Below, piece by piece: positions 13,040 through 26,897 of a stretch of 64,000 bases of DNA. The DNA is taken from contig CM052817.1 in assembly GCA_028534125.1 (NCBI GenBank), positions 103,976,001-104,040,000 on the forward strand, in the 5' to 3' direction. A program made the translations under genes and the position numbers. The DNA is from Lama glama (lineage: Eukaryota). Position 1 is the first letter of the stretch. Each line of letters opens with the position of its first letter. The notes under the pieces were generated by a model. That model ran no database searches and was not told the origin of the DNA. It saw only the letters and a program-made list of their open reading frames with translations.

Positions 13040-13660
13040 CTTTTTTTTTTTAATACCAGGGACTATTCCAGGCACCTCTAGGGAGGTGCACAAAGTCAAT
13101 AAGACATTCTTTCATGCAGCATTCTTTCCATTTTAATAGAGAAGGATGGTCAATCAAAGTTTTTATCAATTGAAAATATATTAGATTGTTATAAGAACCA
13201 TGATTATATATTTATAAATTTATATAAATCTGTATATAAAACAGAACATATTAAACAGTCTTTGTGGTCTGGAAGCCTTAATTGTAGAAGTGATATTTGA
13301 ACGGAGACCAAATGCTTGAAGTAGCTAGCTCTTTGAAGAGTTAGTGGAAAGGTATTTCAAGTAGAGGAAACAGCAAAAGCAAAGGACCTAAATTGGTAAG
13401 CCCAGCTAATCTGGGGAGAAGGTCATGATTTAAGAGGAGACTGGTACAAGAGGATGTCATAAAGACAGTCGTGGAAGAGTTCATGTAGAGCTGAGATCAG
13501 AGTGTGGGGAGAGAGAGAGCCATTTGAAGGTTTAAGGCAAAGATCTAACATGACTTGCAATACATTTTTAAAAAGTTGTTGAAAGAAGAATGCATGAGAA
13601 TGAGTCAAGAATGTATGATTTTGGACAAGTCCCACAATCTTGTTGGCATATGCAAAATGG
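13040..13660 (-). mobile_element. L2 fragments
   Basis: gaagtgatatttgaacggagacc, tttcaagtagaggaaacagcaaaagcaaagg, gagccatttgaaggtttaaggca. Confidence 0.65.
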
Positions 13661-13695
13661 AGATAACTACAGTGTGTACAGTATTGGTTATAAAG

Positions 13696-14105
13696 TGTAC
13701 TTGTTTTTAGGGTTGCTATAACAAAGCATGTCAAATTGAGTAGCTTACAGAAATGTCTTGTGTCACAATTCTGCAGATGAGGAGTCCAAGACGAAGGTGT
13801 CGCCGATTCCCTGTGGAGTGTTAGGGAAGGGTCTGTTCCGGGCCTCTCCCCTGACTTCCAGGAGGTGGTTCCTTGACTTTCAGGGCATGACTCCAGTTTT
13901 CACATAGCATTCTCCCTGTGTACCTGTTTCTGTGTCCAAATCCCCCCTCCCCTTTTTAAAACTAAGGGCACACTCACAATGGATTAGGCCCCTCAACTAA
14001 TGCCTCACATTACATCTGTAATTTCCACATAAGGTCAGATTTTCAGGTACTAGGGTTTAAGATTTTAGCATGTGAATTTCATTGGGGCACAGTTCACCCC
14101 TGACA
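13696..14105 (-). mobile_element. MaLR MLT1A-C type solo LTR
   Basis: TG...CA termini; agggttgctataacaaag, gagtccaagacgaaggtgtc, tttccacataaggtcagattttcaggtactagggttt, ggggcacagttcacccc. Confidence 0.85.
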
Positions 14106-15917
14106 GGAAGATTGAATGGATTGGATATGTAAAGCATTTAACAAAAGAGCTTCCAGAAAAGAAAACAATCAATCTTTGTTATCTCAGTGTATATAGTCAC
14201 ACGTTTGTCACACTATTGGTGTGTATGTAGCTTGTTAAAGGTGGAGTTACTCATCTTGTGTTCTCCCCTCCTTCACAGCTGATAGCCTGGGACATCTGCA
14301 GACTCCTTTATTGCATAAATATGAATGCTCTTTGGTCCTGTAGATTTTGTTACACAGTTAGCTTCTGTATGTCTAATAAAGTTGATGTTTCTTTGAATTC
14401 CTGTGTTCATACGTGTTCACTCCAGTAAATCTCTGGAATGAGGCAAAGTAGTGTGAGCGAGATTATTGACCAGGGTTTGCTGAGTTTAGCTGTATGTCAC
14501 GTTTGGTTGGTCAAGAGAAATATTGAAGGTGAGGTGAGGCCCCTGAGCAGCTGGGGTAGGTAAGCACACCATGTGGAACTGTTACTAGAAAAAGGTGCCA
14601 ACTGGAGAGAGTTAGAAAAAGGAGAGAGGGTTCATTTAGCATTTGCTCAAGTGAAGAGTGAAGCAACAATTTCCACAGAATTTAAGTTGTCTTAAAGGAC
14701 ATGCCATTGACAGATTGATCTCAGTCTCTTACTTTGGGCTAGGGTTGCTCCAAAACAAAGCAATTTTTTCAACCCAGTGGTCTCATTCTTCTGGAGGTGT
14801 GTAAAGTTACACATATCTGGGGTTTTAATACCAAAAAACTGAACACCTTTAAACCTGACGGTTACTCAATCCATGCAAATGCCAGGAATTATATCCGTAT
14901 ATTTATTTCAATGGTCACATAGAATTTCCATATCTAACCTATATCAAGGGTCACAGAGATTCACCATTCCTGAAGAACCAGAAAGTTTAATAGTGCAAAC
15001 TGCTGAACTCTATTGGCCTGATATTTATTACAGCTACACATCTAAATTAATTATTGTAGAACAACCAATGTTGATGGGGTTGTTGATTCACAGGGATGGC
15101 CTGAGGTTGGGGGAAATGTTATCAGCCTCTTCACTGTGGAAGATTCAATTTCATACAGCTTTACTCTTTATTGCTAAATTGTTGCTGGAAATATACCTTA
15201 ATCTCCTCTTTAAATATTATAAACATGATGTCTATTGTACAGGATATTCAGTAGATTTTTGTCTGTTTTCTTTTTTTTTTAAATGAATTAACCATTTGGC
15301 ATAAAGGATGGGAAGACCTTTAATTATGATGTACTTGATTTTATAATCTTTTCTATGTTAGCCCATAAATACTGAAATATTTTCAGGGCCCAAAGGTTAG
15401 TATTGGCTTATATAATTCTGAAATATAATTATTTCTCACCATTAATAAAAGCTTTAGATTTTAAAGATGACAATTCCCCCGAATAATCAAACCAGAGCTA
15501 TGAAAGTGAGCGAGAAAATGATGAAAAAATAAATCCAGACCTTTTTTGAATACATATTTTTAATCAAAGGACTACACTATATTTTGAAGCCTAAAATGGA
15601 AATGAACTATAAAGTGTCTGCATAAAATGATCAAAACATGAGCCCCAAGTGCATTTCCTTGATATCGTAATTCTTTACACATTGCAGAAACTCATTTTAA
15701 CAATTTCCATCCAGTGGCAAAGAATGCTAAGACTCAGAAGTAAGATTAACTAGGATCCCTAGGATGGAAGATGATTAAAGCCTTGAATTTGGAAGAGGGT
15801 GTCACATTCCTATTTAACTCTAGGACAGAAACCAGAACTCAGATCTCCCTACTTTTATTGACATGGTGTTGCCTTCTGTGAGTCCAGGCTACTTTCCTTA
15901 AAAAGACTTTCTTACTC

Positions 15918-16051
15918 ATATCTTGTAATAACCGATAATGGAAAAGAATTTGAAAAAGATTTTATATGTACATATCTACATTATGTATAACTGAATCACT
16001 TTGTGTACACCTGAAACATTGTAAATCAAGTATACCTAAATTAAAAAAAAA
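15918..16051 (+). mobile_element. Short L1 3' end with poly-A
   Basis: tatcttgtaataacc...ataactgaatcactttgtgtacacctgaaac...aaaaaaaa; approximate TSD aagactttcttactca / aaggctttctcactca. Confidence 0.85.
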
Positions 16052-17759
16052 GTTTCACAAGGCTTTCTCACTCACTTGCTTGTATGCTAGCTTTTCCTCG
16101 TATCATTCAAAACAGGAAAATAAAGAAGTTTAAAAAATACTGTTTGTATCTTAAGAATTTATGAAATTAATTTTTTCTGTATTTTCCTTCAGAACTTCTC
16201 CATATACACAATTATATTTAATACAATTTTCATTTCTGCATTTTACTAAATATTTTAAAATACTTTGTACATCATATATTTAACATATTGTATATTTTAT
16301 GTTTTTATATACATATTTTATTTATTGCTAACCCATGTTTTCCTCCTAAATATTTAAATAATCTAACAATTAGTTATTAGGTCACAATAAGATTTAACCT
16401 AATAAAATATAAAACAAATATATTAGAAAGAAAAAAAGGAACATAAAATGGAAATGGCACTTTATTATAAGATAAAATCATTTTTTCATGATTGAGCCTC
16501 CAATATAGATCTAAGGTTTTTAACAGTCATACTAAAGGGAAAATCTAACATCCAAAATGTATTGTGTCTGTAAGAAAAACAAGAGAAGTCATTCAATTAT
16601 GTACCTTTCTTTTCTTTTTTTTTTTAATACTAAGATAAAATTAAATGTATAAGTAAATAACGTGGATCAGCCTAGGATAGATACATTTGTGTTTATATTG
16701 TGAATAGACCGCCTTTCATCTCTGCATCACATTTTAGAGTTTCACTGAGTAACTTCATTGTAATTTTATTTATTTACTCATCTATATTTTTAGCACCTTC
16801 ATTGTGGTATGATTCCTGTGCAGTAAACTTCACTGTAATTTTAAGTAAGAATGAACCTACTGATTAATATATACTTCTAATGTTTGTAAGTATGTGATGG
16901 ACAGTTTATGTGTAGCTTTTCCTTCTTTCATCTACTTCATAAGGTAAAGTTCCCCTGATGATGAAATTCTTTAATTTGTGTGTGTACTGTTAGGCGTTTT
17001 CTACAGGAATTGTGACAGATAACACCAGTATAATCAGGGTATGGATACGTCAGCTTCCCTACAGTCTCACCATCTTAGAATACTTTTTTCCTTTTTAAGT
17101 ATACTTGGAAATAAAATTAATAGGTGATGGTGTATGAACATTTACAAAACTAATTATGACCAAAATGCACATCAAATTGGCTTTATCAGATTGTATTCCT
17201 GGCTTCAAGTCTGCTTTGAGGCATGGCTGCTGAAGTCTTCTTTTAATTTTATTTTAAAGTCCTTGGTCCAGTCATGTTTTCAACTTAGTCTTGGAACTAT
17301 TTTGATGAGTAACTCCTTTTTTTTTTTAAGTTATCCATATAAACTAGATTTCAAACTTATTTTAATAATATTTTTCATGATACTCTTTTGTAATACTTAA
17401 GAGTTTTCTCAGTGTCTGAAGTGAAGTTCTAGTTTTCATTTCTAATAGAGCCTGTTTTTGCCTTCTTTCCTATTATTTTCCTGCGTATTCTTGTCTGTTG
17501 AATTAGTTCTTTGGAAAAACCAGTGCTTTTCATTTTGTTAGTCAACTCGCTATTGTTTTTACCTTCATTATAGTCTTTTTCTTTTTCCCTCTAACTTTTT
17601 GTGTTACAGCTCAGTATACATTTTCAGTCTTTGGGCTTCACCAAGATGCGTGTAGGGGTATAAATCTTATTTTGATCACCACTTTGGATATATTCTAACT
17701 TAGTGGAAAATAGTGAGATAATTTTCATTCAGTTCATAATTCCCTTTTATTTAATATTT

Positions 17760-20300
17760 CAATGATAAAATTTCCCAAACTTGGATTTTTATTTAACTCT
17801 TAGTTTGCTTTCTAACTATTGTATTGTGATCAATTGTTAGATAATGGCTTTTAAGATATAATAAGTGCGTTTTTTTGCCCTTGGAATGTCTTTGTGGTCT
17901 ACCAGATAGTCAAATTTTATAAATACTCCTTTAGTATATGGTTAGAATATTTATTCTCTACCTATTGGAGGTATATATCATATAAGCCATTTGTTAATTA
18001 TATCAATCATCTCCTCAATACATTCTTTATTTTTTAAGTATTTGGTTCACTGATTTCTTAGAGAGTTATATTAAGTTATTAAATATGATTTAAAATTGTT
18101 GACCTTTTCTGAAATTAAAGCAGTTTTTTTCCTTATATATGTTAAGGCTATTCTATAAGGCACGTGAATATTTGAAACTCATATCGTTTGGTGTCTTTGT
18201 CCATTTGAAAACTTTTTCTCTTTGATTTTAATAATTCACTTTTATTTCGTCTTATGATATTTCTCTTGGGATTTTATTCTTTTCAGCATTCCTCTGCCAT
18301 TTGATTTTAGGTGGGTCAGTTACAAGCAACAAAAGTTGGATCTTGTCATCTGTGAGAGTCTGCATCTTTTTAATATGTGAATGTAACTCATTTTCCTGCC
18401 TGGTACTGTTGAAGAGTGTGGACCTACTCGTGCCATATTATTTTGTCCTTTCTTCTTCTTTTTGCTTATTTATTTATTAATTAACTCATTCATTTCCATC
18501 TTTTTTTTGCCATTTGTTGCATCATTGCATTTTTCCCTTCACTGGTTGGGCAGTTATAATTTATATTCTTTTGGAGGCTATAATTAGATTTTTGGTTCTT
18601 TTAAAAATTTTTTAAAACTTTATCTTGAAATAATCATAGAATCACAGAAGTTGCAAAAACAGTGCAGAGATATCCATGTACCTATCACTCAGTTTCCTCT
18701 AATGGTAGCATTTTACAAAACCACAGTGCATTATTGAACCCTCCAAATTGGCATTGGTATATATAATCAAATAGACTGAGGATTTCACCAGTTTTTGTAT
18801 GTTTCATTTTGTATGTGTGTGTGTTGTTGCATGACATTTATCACATGTATAGATTTGTATAAGCAACACTGCAGTCAAGATACAGAGCTGCTCTACCCAC
18901 AGAGGAATTCCTCGTAGTACCTTTCCTGGTAGTTCAGCCTTCCACCCCACCGTGTTACTCATCTGCTTTTTCTCTAAACTGTGTTATTGCAAGGATGTTA
19001 TGTAAGTGGAATCATCCAGTCTGTAAACTTTGAGACAGTGTTTTTTCACTCTACATCCAAATTTTGTGTGATTCTATAGTTTGTCCCTTTGTGATGCATC
19101 CATTGTGTGGGTGTCCCAGATTTCGTTTATTTTGGGGCTATTACAAAAATGCTGCTGTAAATATTTATGGGCAGATTTTGATGTGAACATATGTTTTCAT
19201 TTCTGTAGAATAAATGCCTAGGAATATGCTTGCATTTTTAATACAAAATTAATCTTGTATCTTTTTAAACAAAGACTAGATTTAATCAATAGTCATATAC
19301 TCCCTCCCCCAGACAAATCTATGTACTGAATGTACTAAGTAGATTGTACCTTTGTTGTAATCCACTGCTATTATCCTATTGCCTGGAATTTTAGTTCCAA
19401 CTTCTTATTACAAACTTTGTAATTGCTACCTATTTGAGTGTTATAATAGATTTTTATTAATTCAGTCTTTTTTTTTTGCATCTTATTATTTCCTTCTATC
19501 ATTTTTTTCTTCTTGGCTTTATTTAGAAAAGGTTTTGTGTGTGGTCTATTTTCCAAGTCCTCAGATGTCTACAAATGCTGTTATTGAGCTCATCTTTCTT
19601 GAATAAAGGTTGGACTATTAGAGATTTTTAGATTTCTATTATTTTTTTTAAAGATAAATATATTCTTTTTTGAAGATACTTTATTTTAAAGGTACTGTTT
19701 CAATAGTTCTTGTATTCAAACTTTGCAAATCATAAGATTGAAGGAGTGTATTTTCTCCATTTCGGAATAATCTATCCTCTATTTGCATGCTTTTAGATTT
19801 TTTTCTTATCCTTTGTTTTCAAGTTTCATTTGGACCCTGTTCTTAGGCCCTATAATTTTGCTTTCATTCTTTTCGTTATGCAGTGGGCTCTTTCCATTGG
19901 AGAACTTGCCCCACCCTTCCCCTCCTCCCAGCTTTGAAAAACATTCGGCATTATTTCTTCAAATATAGATTAATTTACATTCTCACTTATATTATCTCTT
20001 TTTTTTTCTTCTCTAGAACTACTAAGAGATAGATTTTGGAAACTTCTGAATCTGCATTCCCCATTTCCTTCTTTAGTCATTTGCTGAGTTTGCACTATGG
20101 CAATTATATATAGCATTTTTAGTCATTTTATTATTTTTATTGCATCACTTTCTATGCTTATTTCATGTAAACATTTCCTTCCTTTCAATGAGAATGTTAA
20201 CTTACTGATTTTAATAAGTTAATATTGATTGATTCATCTTAGCATTCTAATGTGTGAAATTTGTTGATTCATTCTGATAGTGTTGGTCTTTGTCAGTGTT
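17760..20300 (-). mobile_element. Highly decayed old L1 (L1M) ORF1/ORF2 region, interrupted by a younger L1 tail
   Basis: Antisense L1-like motifs: ttggttcactgatttcttagagagttatattaag, gtgggtcagttacaagcaaca, gaaaacattcggcattatttcttcaaatat. Confidence 0.5.
18600..19232 (-). mobile_element. L1MB/L1MC-type 3' end
   Basis: tttatcttgaaataatcatagaatcacagaagttgcaaaaacagtgcagagatatccatgtacc; gtaagtggaatcat. Confidence 0.8.
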
Positions 20301-22789
20301 GGTCAGTATTTCTAACAGTGTTGGTCTTTCCCTGGGCTGCTTTTGGTACTGATGCACGTGCTGAGCGTGTGCACACCTGTAGGAACTGAGATACCTTCAG
20401 GATGAGGCTACATGGGGCGGGGGGGGGGTTCCCAGCGCTTCTCAGGTAGAAGTTTATTGCCAGGGTGTGTCTCCTCCCTTTCCCTGAAATTACCTCTGCT
20501 GATTCTCTTCCTTTTTAAGGATGTATACAGTTATTAATTAAAAATATATATCCATTCTCTTTTCTAAAGTTTTGGTGCAGAATGGGGAGAATATAGTTTG
20601 TGCCTAGTTTTCTTGTAAGCTGAAGCTTTTAACATATTCCTAGTAACAGTCGCCTAAATCATAGTTATGCAGTAAACGTTAAAAAAATTGTATTTTTTAA
20701 CTTATGGAGGCAAATCATCTCTTTTAGGATTGTTTTTGTTTTTGTTTTTTTCACAACCCCATTTAAGCTGGTTTAAAAAAAGTTCAAATCCATTTGAGGT
20801 TTAGTAATTATATTATCTCTAGATTAATTTGAGTATTTTTCTCCTCCAGATGTTTATTTTACGGTGGCTTATTTAAGATGAAAATGATTGCTCCCTTGAG
20901 CTATCAAAATCATTTAAAAAATCTATTGGTGTTTTGTGCTTTTTGGGGGATATAATTCTTAAATTACTTTTATATTTTTTTCTTAGCCTTACTAAAATTG
21001 AGTTACGAACTTATTTGTCAGTTCTGAAATGTATTCTTTTATTTCTACATTGATTTCCATCCTGCTAAGATTTATTTATTAGTATGCAGCTATGGCGTGT
21101 TGTCTTGTTGTCTATGTGGAGAATTCTGCTGGAAGGGACAGGAACGCAATACAGAAGGATTTTCATTTAAGCCAAGTCCTGGATTTTTTTCAAAATCAGT
21201 GTGAATTATAAAGAAGGCAACAATAAAAAGTCTTATCAATACCACATAAAGTAATTTGCCTTTACCATTGTCCTGATACAGAAAGTGCAAAACCACATTC
21301 ATTTGCACGCTGTGTAAAATAACAATGTAAAGACCAAAAGTGATCATTGTTTCCGTGTGAATTTCCCTTTGGCCTGAATGCTAAAATTTGGCATCCATGT
21401 GGTTGTGCAGGATTTGACTAGAAGGAGAAGGGCCAAGAAAGGAATGCTGCCAGGGCAAACATTACATTTTGTTACGCATAAGCACCCTCCGATGTTCTCA
21501 GTCTCATGGCTTACTCTGTATCTTTATTCTATTGATTATCTCATAAAATGGAAGTAAAACATTGTGAATCTGAGTTGGATAAATATAATTATATGTTCTA
21601 TGTTTGAAATGGTATTATGCCTTAAAATTATGGAAAGAACAGCATTCTGTGCAATGTTAAGCAAAGAGCAAATTCAAATGGATTTTGCTGAGGAAGTGCA
21701 TTTCGCAAGTGTATAACTCAGAGAATAAGAACGTTAAATCTTATGTTAAATATTTAATTGTGTACAATGACTAGCACGTTGGTGATTATTTATTGATATT
21801 AAATCGTTATGCTAGTAATTGTTCATGGTAATATATTTCCCTATTTTTGTTGTGTGTCTATTAAATATTAGTAAGAAATGACATCATGTAAGTCTTTTCA
21901 GAGCTCTCCTCCCAGATTAAAAAACGGCAAAACAAAACAGGTAGGAAATAATGAATTCACGCAATTAAGACACATTCAGATACTGCTGGTTTATGGATTT
22001 GAAGGCCTTGATTAATTCTTCCCTGTCTTCATTTCCCTTTTACATTATAATTTCTCCTTTTTCTTGTTCTAGTCAGTGTTGTTAAAATACTTTATCATCC
22101 TACTTACCTACATTCTAGTTATTTTTCTAAATTTAAACTGCTTTATTGTAACAGAGAATGCTGTTGCTTTTTGAGTATCTAGAAAACCAAATTCCAGTTC
22201 ATCATGCTTTATGAAATTTATGATTAATTATTGAATTATTTATTTAATCAACCTGTGATGACCCTGGGGTGAGAAATAATTTCTCAAAATGTAATTAAAA
22301 TAAATATCATTTATTAATATACGTGCTGTTAGTTTAATTAATTAAGAAATCTTGATGCGGAAAATTGAATTACTGTTTTCCCTCTAGATTTATGTTCTAG
22401 TTTACTCAGTGACATTAAAATATTACTGAAACTATTTGGCCTATGCCATTTTAGGGTTTTATCCACATTCAGAGCATCTTCTATCTTGACTTGGTAAGAG
22501 AAAATTTCTAAAATCTGGTAACAAATGAAGAGCTATAAGATGTAGTGGTTCGTTTGACTCTTTACTCTTAAAAATATTTGCCTTCTGTTTTCTTTGACTA
22601 CCTCCCTCCCCTCCTTGTTTTAATGCTATGTTCTCTCCATTAAAATTCTGTAACTTAATGGCTTTTGCTAGGCATGAGACTCATTCAGAATCTGCTTTGG
22701 ATCCAAACTCATTGCTCAGTAGTATCCCCTGAACTTTATACCTTTTCCTCTAACTCAGCATGACGCGAGTTGACCTCATGATCTTGCCG

Positions 22790-22932
22790 GGATCTGTCAC
22801 TCACTCATTGTGTGATCTTGGGCCAATGACTTTAACTGTCTGTTTCCCCTAGCTAGCGTGAGGTTAACTGAGATAACACCGGTAATGTGCTTTAGACTGT
22901 GTCTGGAGGTGCCCAATGATTGTTTGCTCTTA
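22790..22932 (+). mobile_element. MIR
   Basis: tgtgtgatcttgggccaatgactttaac...gtgaggttaactgagataac. Confidence 0.7.
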
Positions 22933-22989
22933 TGGCCAACTCTTCTCTCTCTGACATCCTCTCTCCAAGGGACTTAAACATTTCTGTCA

Positions 22990-23760
22990 GTGGAACCACC
23001 ATCCATTCACTCACAAAATCATCACTTTCAGTTTGCTTTTTTTTTTGCCTCACACATCAAATGCATGAACTCCCACCAATTGGTTTTCTTTGATCCCAGA
23101 TGGCTACACTGTGGGATTCAATTGCCTGGGTCACTTCCTAGTTGGCTTTTACTATTCTTTCTGATACCTAGGTCTTCCTTCCTTAGTTTTTTATACACTG
23201 TTAGGAAAAACCTCTGAAATACTATCTTGTGTATGAGTAAGGAAGCCCTGCTAATAACTTTTCAAGGGATTCCCCAATACCTGCAAGATAAAGCCCAACT
23301 TGCATTGTTTTAGACTCAGGACCCTCAATAGTGGGGTGCCTAGGCATTTCTCTCTTTACTGTTCTCTTTGCAGACCTCCCCCATCACATGCTGCGGCCTT
23401 GATTGCACACAGACACCGCATGTTTTCCTTCCTCAGACTCTTTTTTTGTGCTCCTCCCTGACTCACTGCCTCAGAATATCTTTCTCCTTACGTGGGTATC
23501 GCCAAAATCAGGTACAGCTCCGAGCCTTCCTTCTTCCCAGGGATCTCAAGTAATCTAATGATTTCTTAATCTACATGTTCTCTTCATCTGTATGTTTCGC
23601 ACTTTCTGCTCTGTCTTAGTTACGTGTGCTCTTTCCCCTTTTGTCTTAAATTTCTCTCAGTGACACAGATTCTGTATCTCCATCTCAGTATTCATGCCAG
23701 GGCTGTAAATCAAACTCTTTACCTACTGCTTCATAAATATTTGTCAGATAAATAAATGGA
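22990..23760 (+). mobile_element. L2 3' region
   Basis: Pyrimidine-rich L2-like sequence ending cataaatatttgtcagataaataaatgga. Confidence 0.6.
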
Positions 23761-25422
23761 TATGTGCTGATTCAGTTATCGCTCGTGCGATTCCCAAAAG
23801 GATGCAAGAAAACTTACGAGGAAAATTTACTGAATGTAGCTATAAAACGACGTGGAGTCCTCGTTAGAGTAGATTTTCTGTAATATGAGAGTAGTCTCAA
23901 CGTTTGCCACTCATTAGTTACAAAATACTTTGAGACTCTGAATGAATTCATTTTTACTGTGGTTTTGAACTTACATTCAAAAATCCGAAGCCAGTTACAT
24001 CTTAAAAACTAACTTAGAGTCAAAGATGTTAGAAGCATTCCTTTGTTTCTTTTGCAAAATATTTTCAAAATGAGATATTTATTAAGCAATCTTAGCACAA
24101 TGGTGTTTCCCATTCAGTAAAACACATCATGGGAGGGGAAGTATTTTAATTGATGATAATTTTTAATTCATGGGTAGTATTTATTTCTGAATAAATATCC
24201 TGTGAAACTGGGACTTCCCAGATTTTATGGCCATAAATATTCAATGATATTTTAACAGCGGTTTAAATTCTTAACAACTTTACTGAAAGATTCTTTACGT
24301 TTTCAACTAAAGTACGTAATGTGATTTTCAAAGAGATAACAGACTAGAATGAACTCTTCTCAAGATATTTTATGAGATACAGAAAAGGTTATAATAACCA
24401 ATAGACTTAACATTTGTTGTCTAACAGATGAACTTATGAATTTTTGAGAATGTTTTTTAAAGCATGCTTTTCAGTGATTCATTTAGCCAAAACATACTCT
24501 GCCCTTTAAAAAGGAACATCTCTGTCAATGCTCCAAATGTATTCTATAATCTAAGCTTCTAATTAGGAGCTTTACCACACAAAGTTTGCATTAGGAATTT
24601 TGGCATAACATAAATATTGCACATTCTTGGTTTTTCAGTTCCCAAGACATACAGTTAGCCATTTGCATGAGTTGAATTCATAAAAGGAATTGGTAGCTTT
24701 TCTTTGAAATAATTATTGAATATCTTAAATTTAATTACTGCTTGGTTTTGTTGTATTATTAATAGTGGTATAGCTTTCACTATCCTGATGAAAGTTTACA
24801 TAGTAAATGTTTTATGTTTATAAAGGCTGAAGATGGAGGAAAGGCCTGAAAGCTAATCATGGTGAATTTTAGTCCCAGTGTTTTCATGTGCTCCCTCATT
24901 TATTAACTTACACATTAGTATATTCAACAAGTATTTCACTGAGTATGGTAAGGAGGGAGTGGAGCTGCAGAGATACTGGAAATACCCCCACCCCTAAGTT
25001 AGATTTAAGAGGAAGAAAGACTCAAGGCTTCATGAGCTTAGATTAGTTGTCCAAAGAGAAAGCAGTGGAATCTACTCTGAAACTCAGGTCCAGCCTTTTC
25101 ATTATGCCATGATTCATTGTTATGAGGTCATTAAATCCCTTGCCCTGCACTCTTTTATGTTAACTGAAGGAAATATTCTGGATCTTCCCAACCAAAGGAA
25201 TCTGGTGGGTTAAGTGAGATCATGTAATTGAATGCTCTTTGAGTTTCTGTGATGAATGATTCCATAAAATTCTAAGGTATCATCATGTAGCAGTGGTACA
25301 TTTTACAAACCCACGGTCTTTTCCTCTGTAAAAGACTGAAAGTACTGATAGTGTTAGCTTGTGATCCAACAACCCTTATGTTATAAACTGTTGTAGAGTC
25401 TTGTATAAAATATGAAAGAATA

Positions 25423-25622
25423 TGTATTATTTGTAGTGTCTGGTTTGGTATTGGTGTCTGTTTTTGTAGTGTTTGGTTTTGGCCTCTTAAAATGAATTCA
25501 GGAGTATTCCATCTGCTTCAATTTTTTGTAATAGTTTGAGAAAGATAGGTGTTAGCATTTCGTTATATATTTGATAGGATTCCCCTGTAAAGCCACCAGG
25601 TCCTGGACTTTTGCTTACTGGG

Positions 25623-25661
<39 letters not shown>

Positions 25662-26897
25662 AGCTTCAATTTCACTGATTAGGGTTGGTCTATTTAGATC
25701 ATCTATTTCTTCCTGATTCAATCTTGGAAGTTTGTATGTTTCTAGAAATTTGTTCATTTCTCCTAGGTTATCTAATTTGTTGGCATATGACTGTTTGTAT
25801 TATTATCTTATGATTTTTTTATATCTCTGTGGCATTGGTTGTCACTTCTCCTCTTTAGTTTCTTATTTTGTTTATTTGGGGCTGTTTTCTTCTTGTTGAG
25901 CCTGGATATAGATTTATCAATTTTGTTTACTTTTTTACAAAACTAGCTCTTGGTGTCATTGATCTTCTCTTTCTTTCTTTCTTTCTTTTTGTCTCTATTT
26001 TATTTATTGTCTCTTTGATCTTTATTATTTGCTTCCTTCTGTGGACTTTGGGCTTCGTTCGTTAATTTTTCTAATTCCTTTAGATGTTAGGTTAGGTTCT
26101 TTACTTGAGATTTTTCTTATTTTTTGAGGGAGGCTTGTATCACTATTAACTTCTGTCTTAGAACTGCTTTTGCTGCATCCCATGGATTTTGGAAAGTTGT
26201 GTTTCCATTTTCATTTATTTGGAGATGTTTTCTGATTTCCTGTTTCATTTCTTCATTGACCCATTGATTTTTTTTTTAGTAGCATGTTGTTTAGTCTCCA
26301 TGTATTTGTGCTTTTCACATTTTTCTTCCTGTAATTGATTTCTAGTTTCATACCACTGTGGTCAGAAAAAATGCTTGATATAATTTCTGTCTCCTAAAAT
26401 TTATTGAGATTTGTTTTGTGGCCTAGCATGTAATCTATCCTGGAGAATATTCAATGTGCCTTTGAAAATAATGTGTATTCTGCTGTTTTTCGATGGAATG
26501 TGCTATAGATATCTATCAAGTCCCACTAGTTTATTGTGTCATTTAAGGCCATTGTTTTCTTACTGATTTTCTTTCTGTCTGGATGATCTCACCATTTGCA
26601 ACAAGGTGGATAGACCTAGAAAATGTTATGCTTAGTGAAATAAATTGGGCAAAGAAAGGCAAATACTCTATATTATTACTTATATGTGGACTCTAAAACA
26701 TAAAACAAATGAATGTATATATTATAGCAGAAACAGACTCACAGATATAGAGAATAAGCTAGTGGTTACCAATGCGGAGAGGGAAAGGGGAGAGGCAAGG
26801 TAGGGGAAACTGCTATGTGTAAAATAGATAAGCAACAAAGGTGTATTGTACATCACAGGGAAATATGGCTATTGTTTTGTAATAACAAAAAGTAAAA
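25423..26897. mobile_element. L1 with 5' inversion: antisense ORF2 piece (25423-~26591) fused to a sense 3' end (~26592-26897)
   Basis: Minus-strand [27 protein letters not shown] is L1 ORF2p, followed by sense ccatttgcaacaaggtggatagacctagaaaatgttatgcttagtgaaata. Flanking TATAAAATA(T/G)GAAAGAATA at 25404-25422 and 26898-26916. Confidence 0.9.
25625..25659. repeat. (TAT)n microsatellite inside L1
   Basis: Directly visible; produces the poly-Ile stretch in the ORF track. Confidence 0.95.

Noticed and set aside
14873..15286. 137-aa ORF in non-repeat DNA
   Set aside because: No recognisable domain and no convincing splice or promoter context; this length is expected by chance in 64 kb across six frames.
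16994..17038. 45-bp exon-like unit (AFSTGIVTDNTSIIR)
   Set aside because: Weak pyrimidine tract and weak donor (GTATGG); peptide not recognised.
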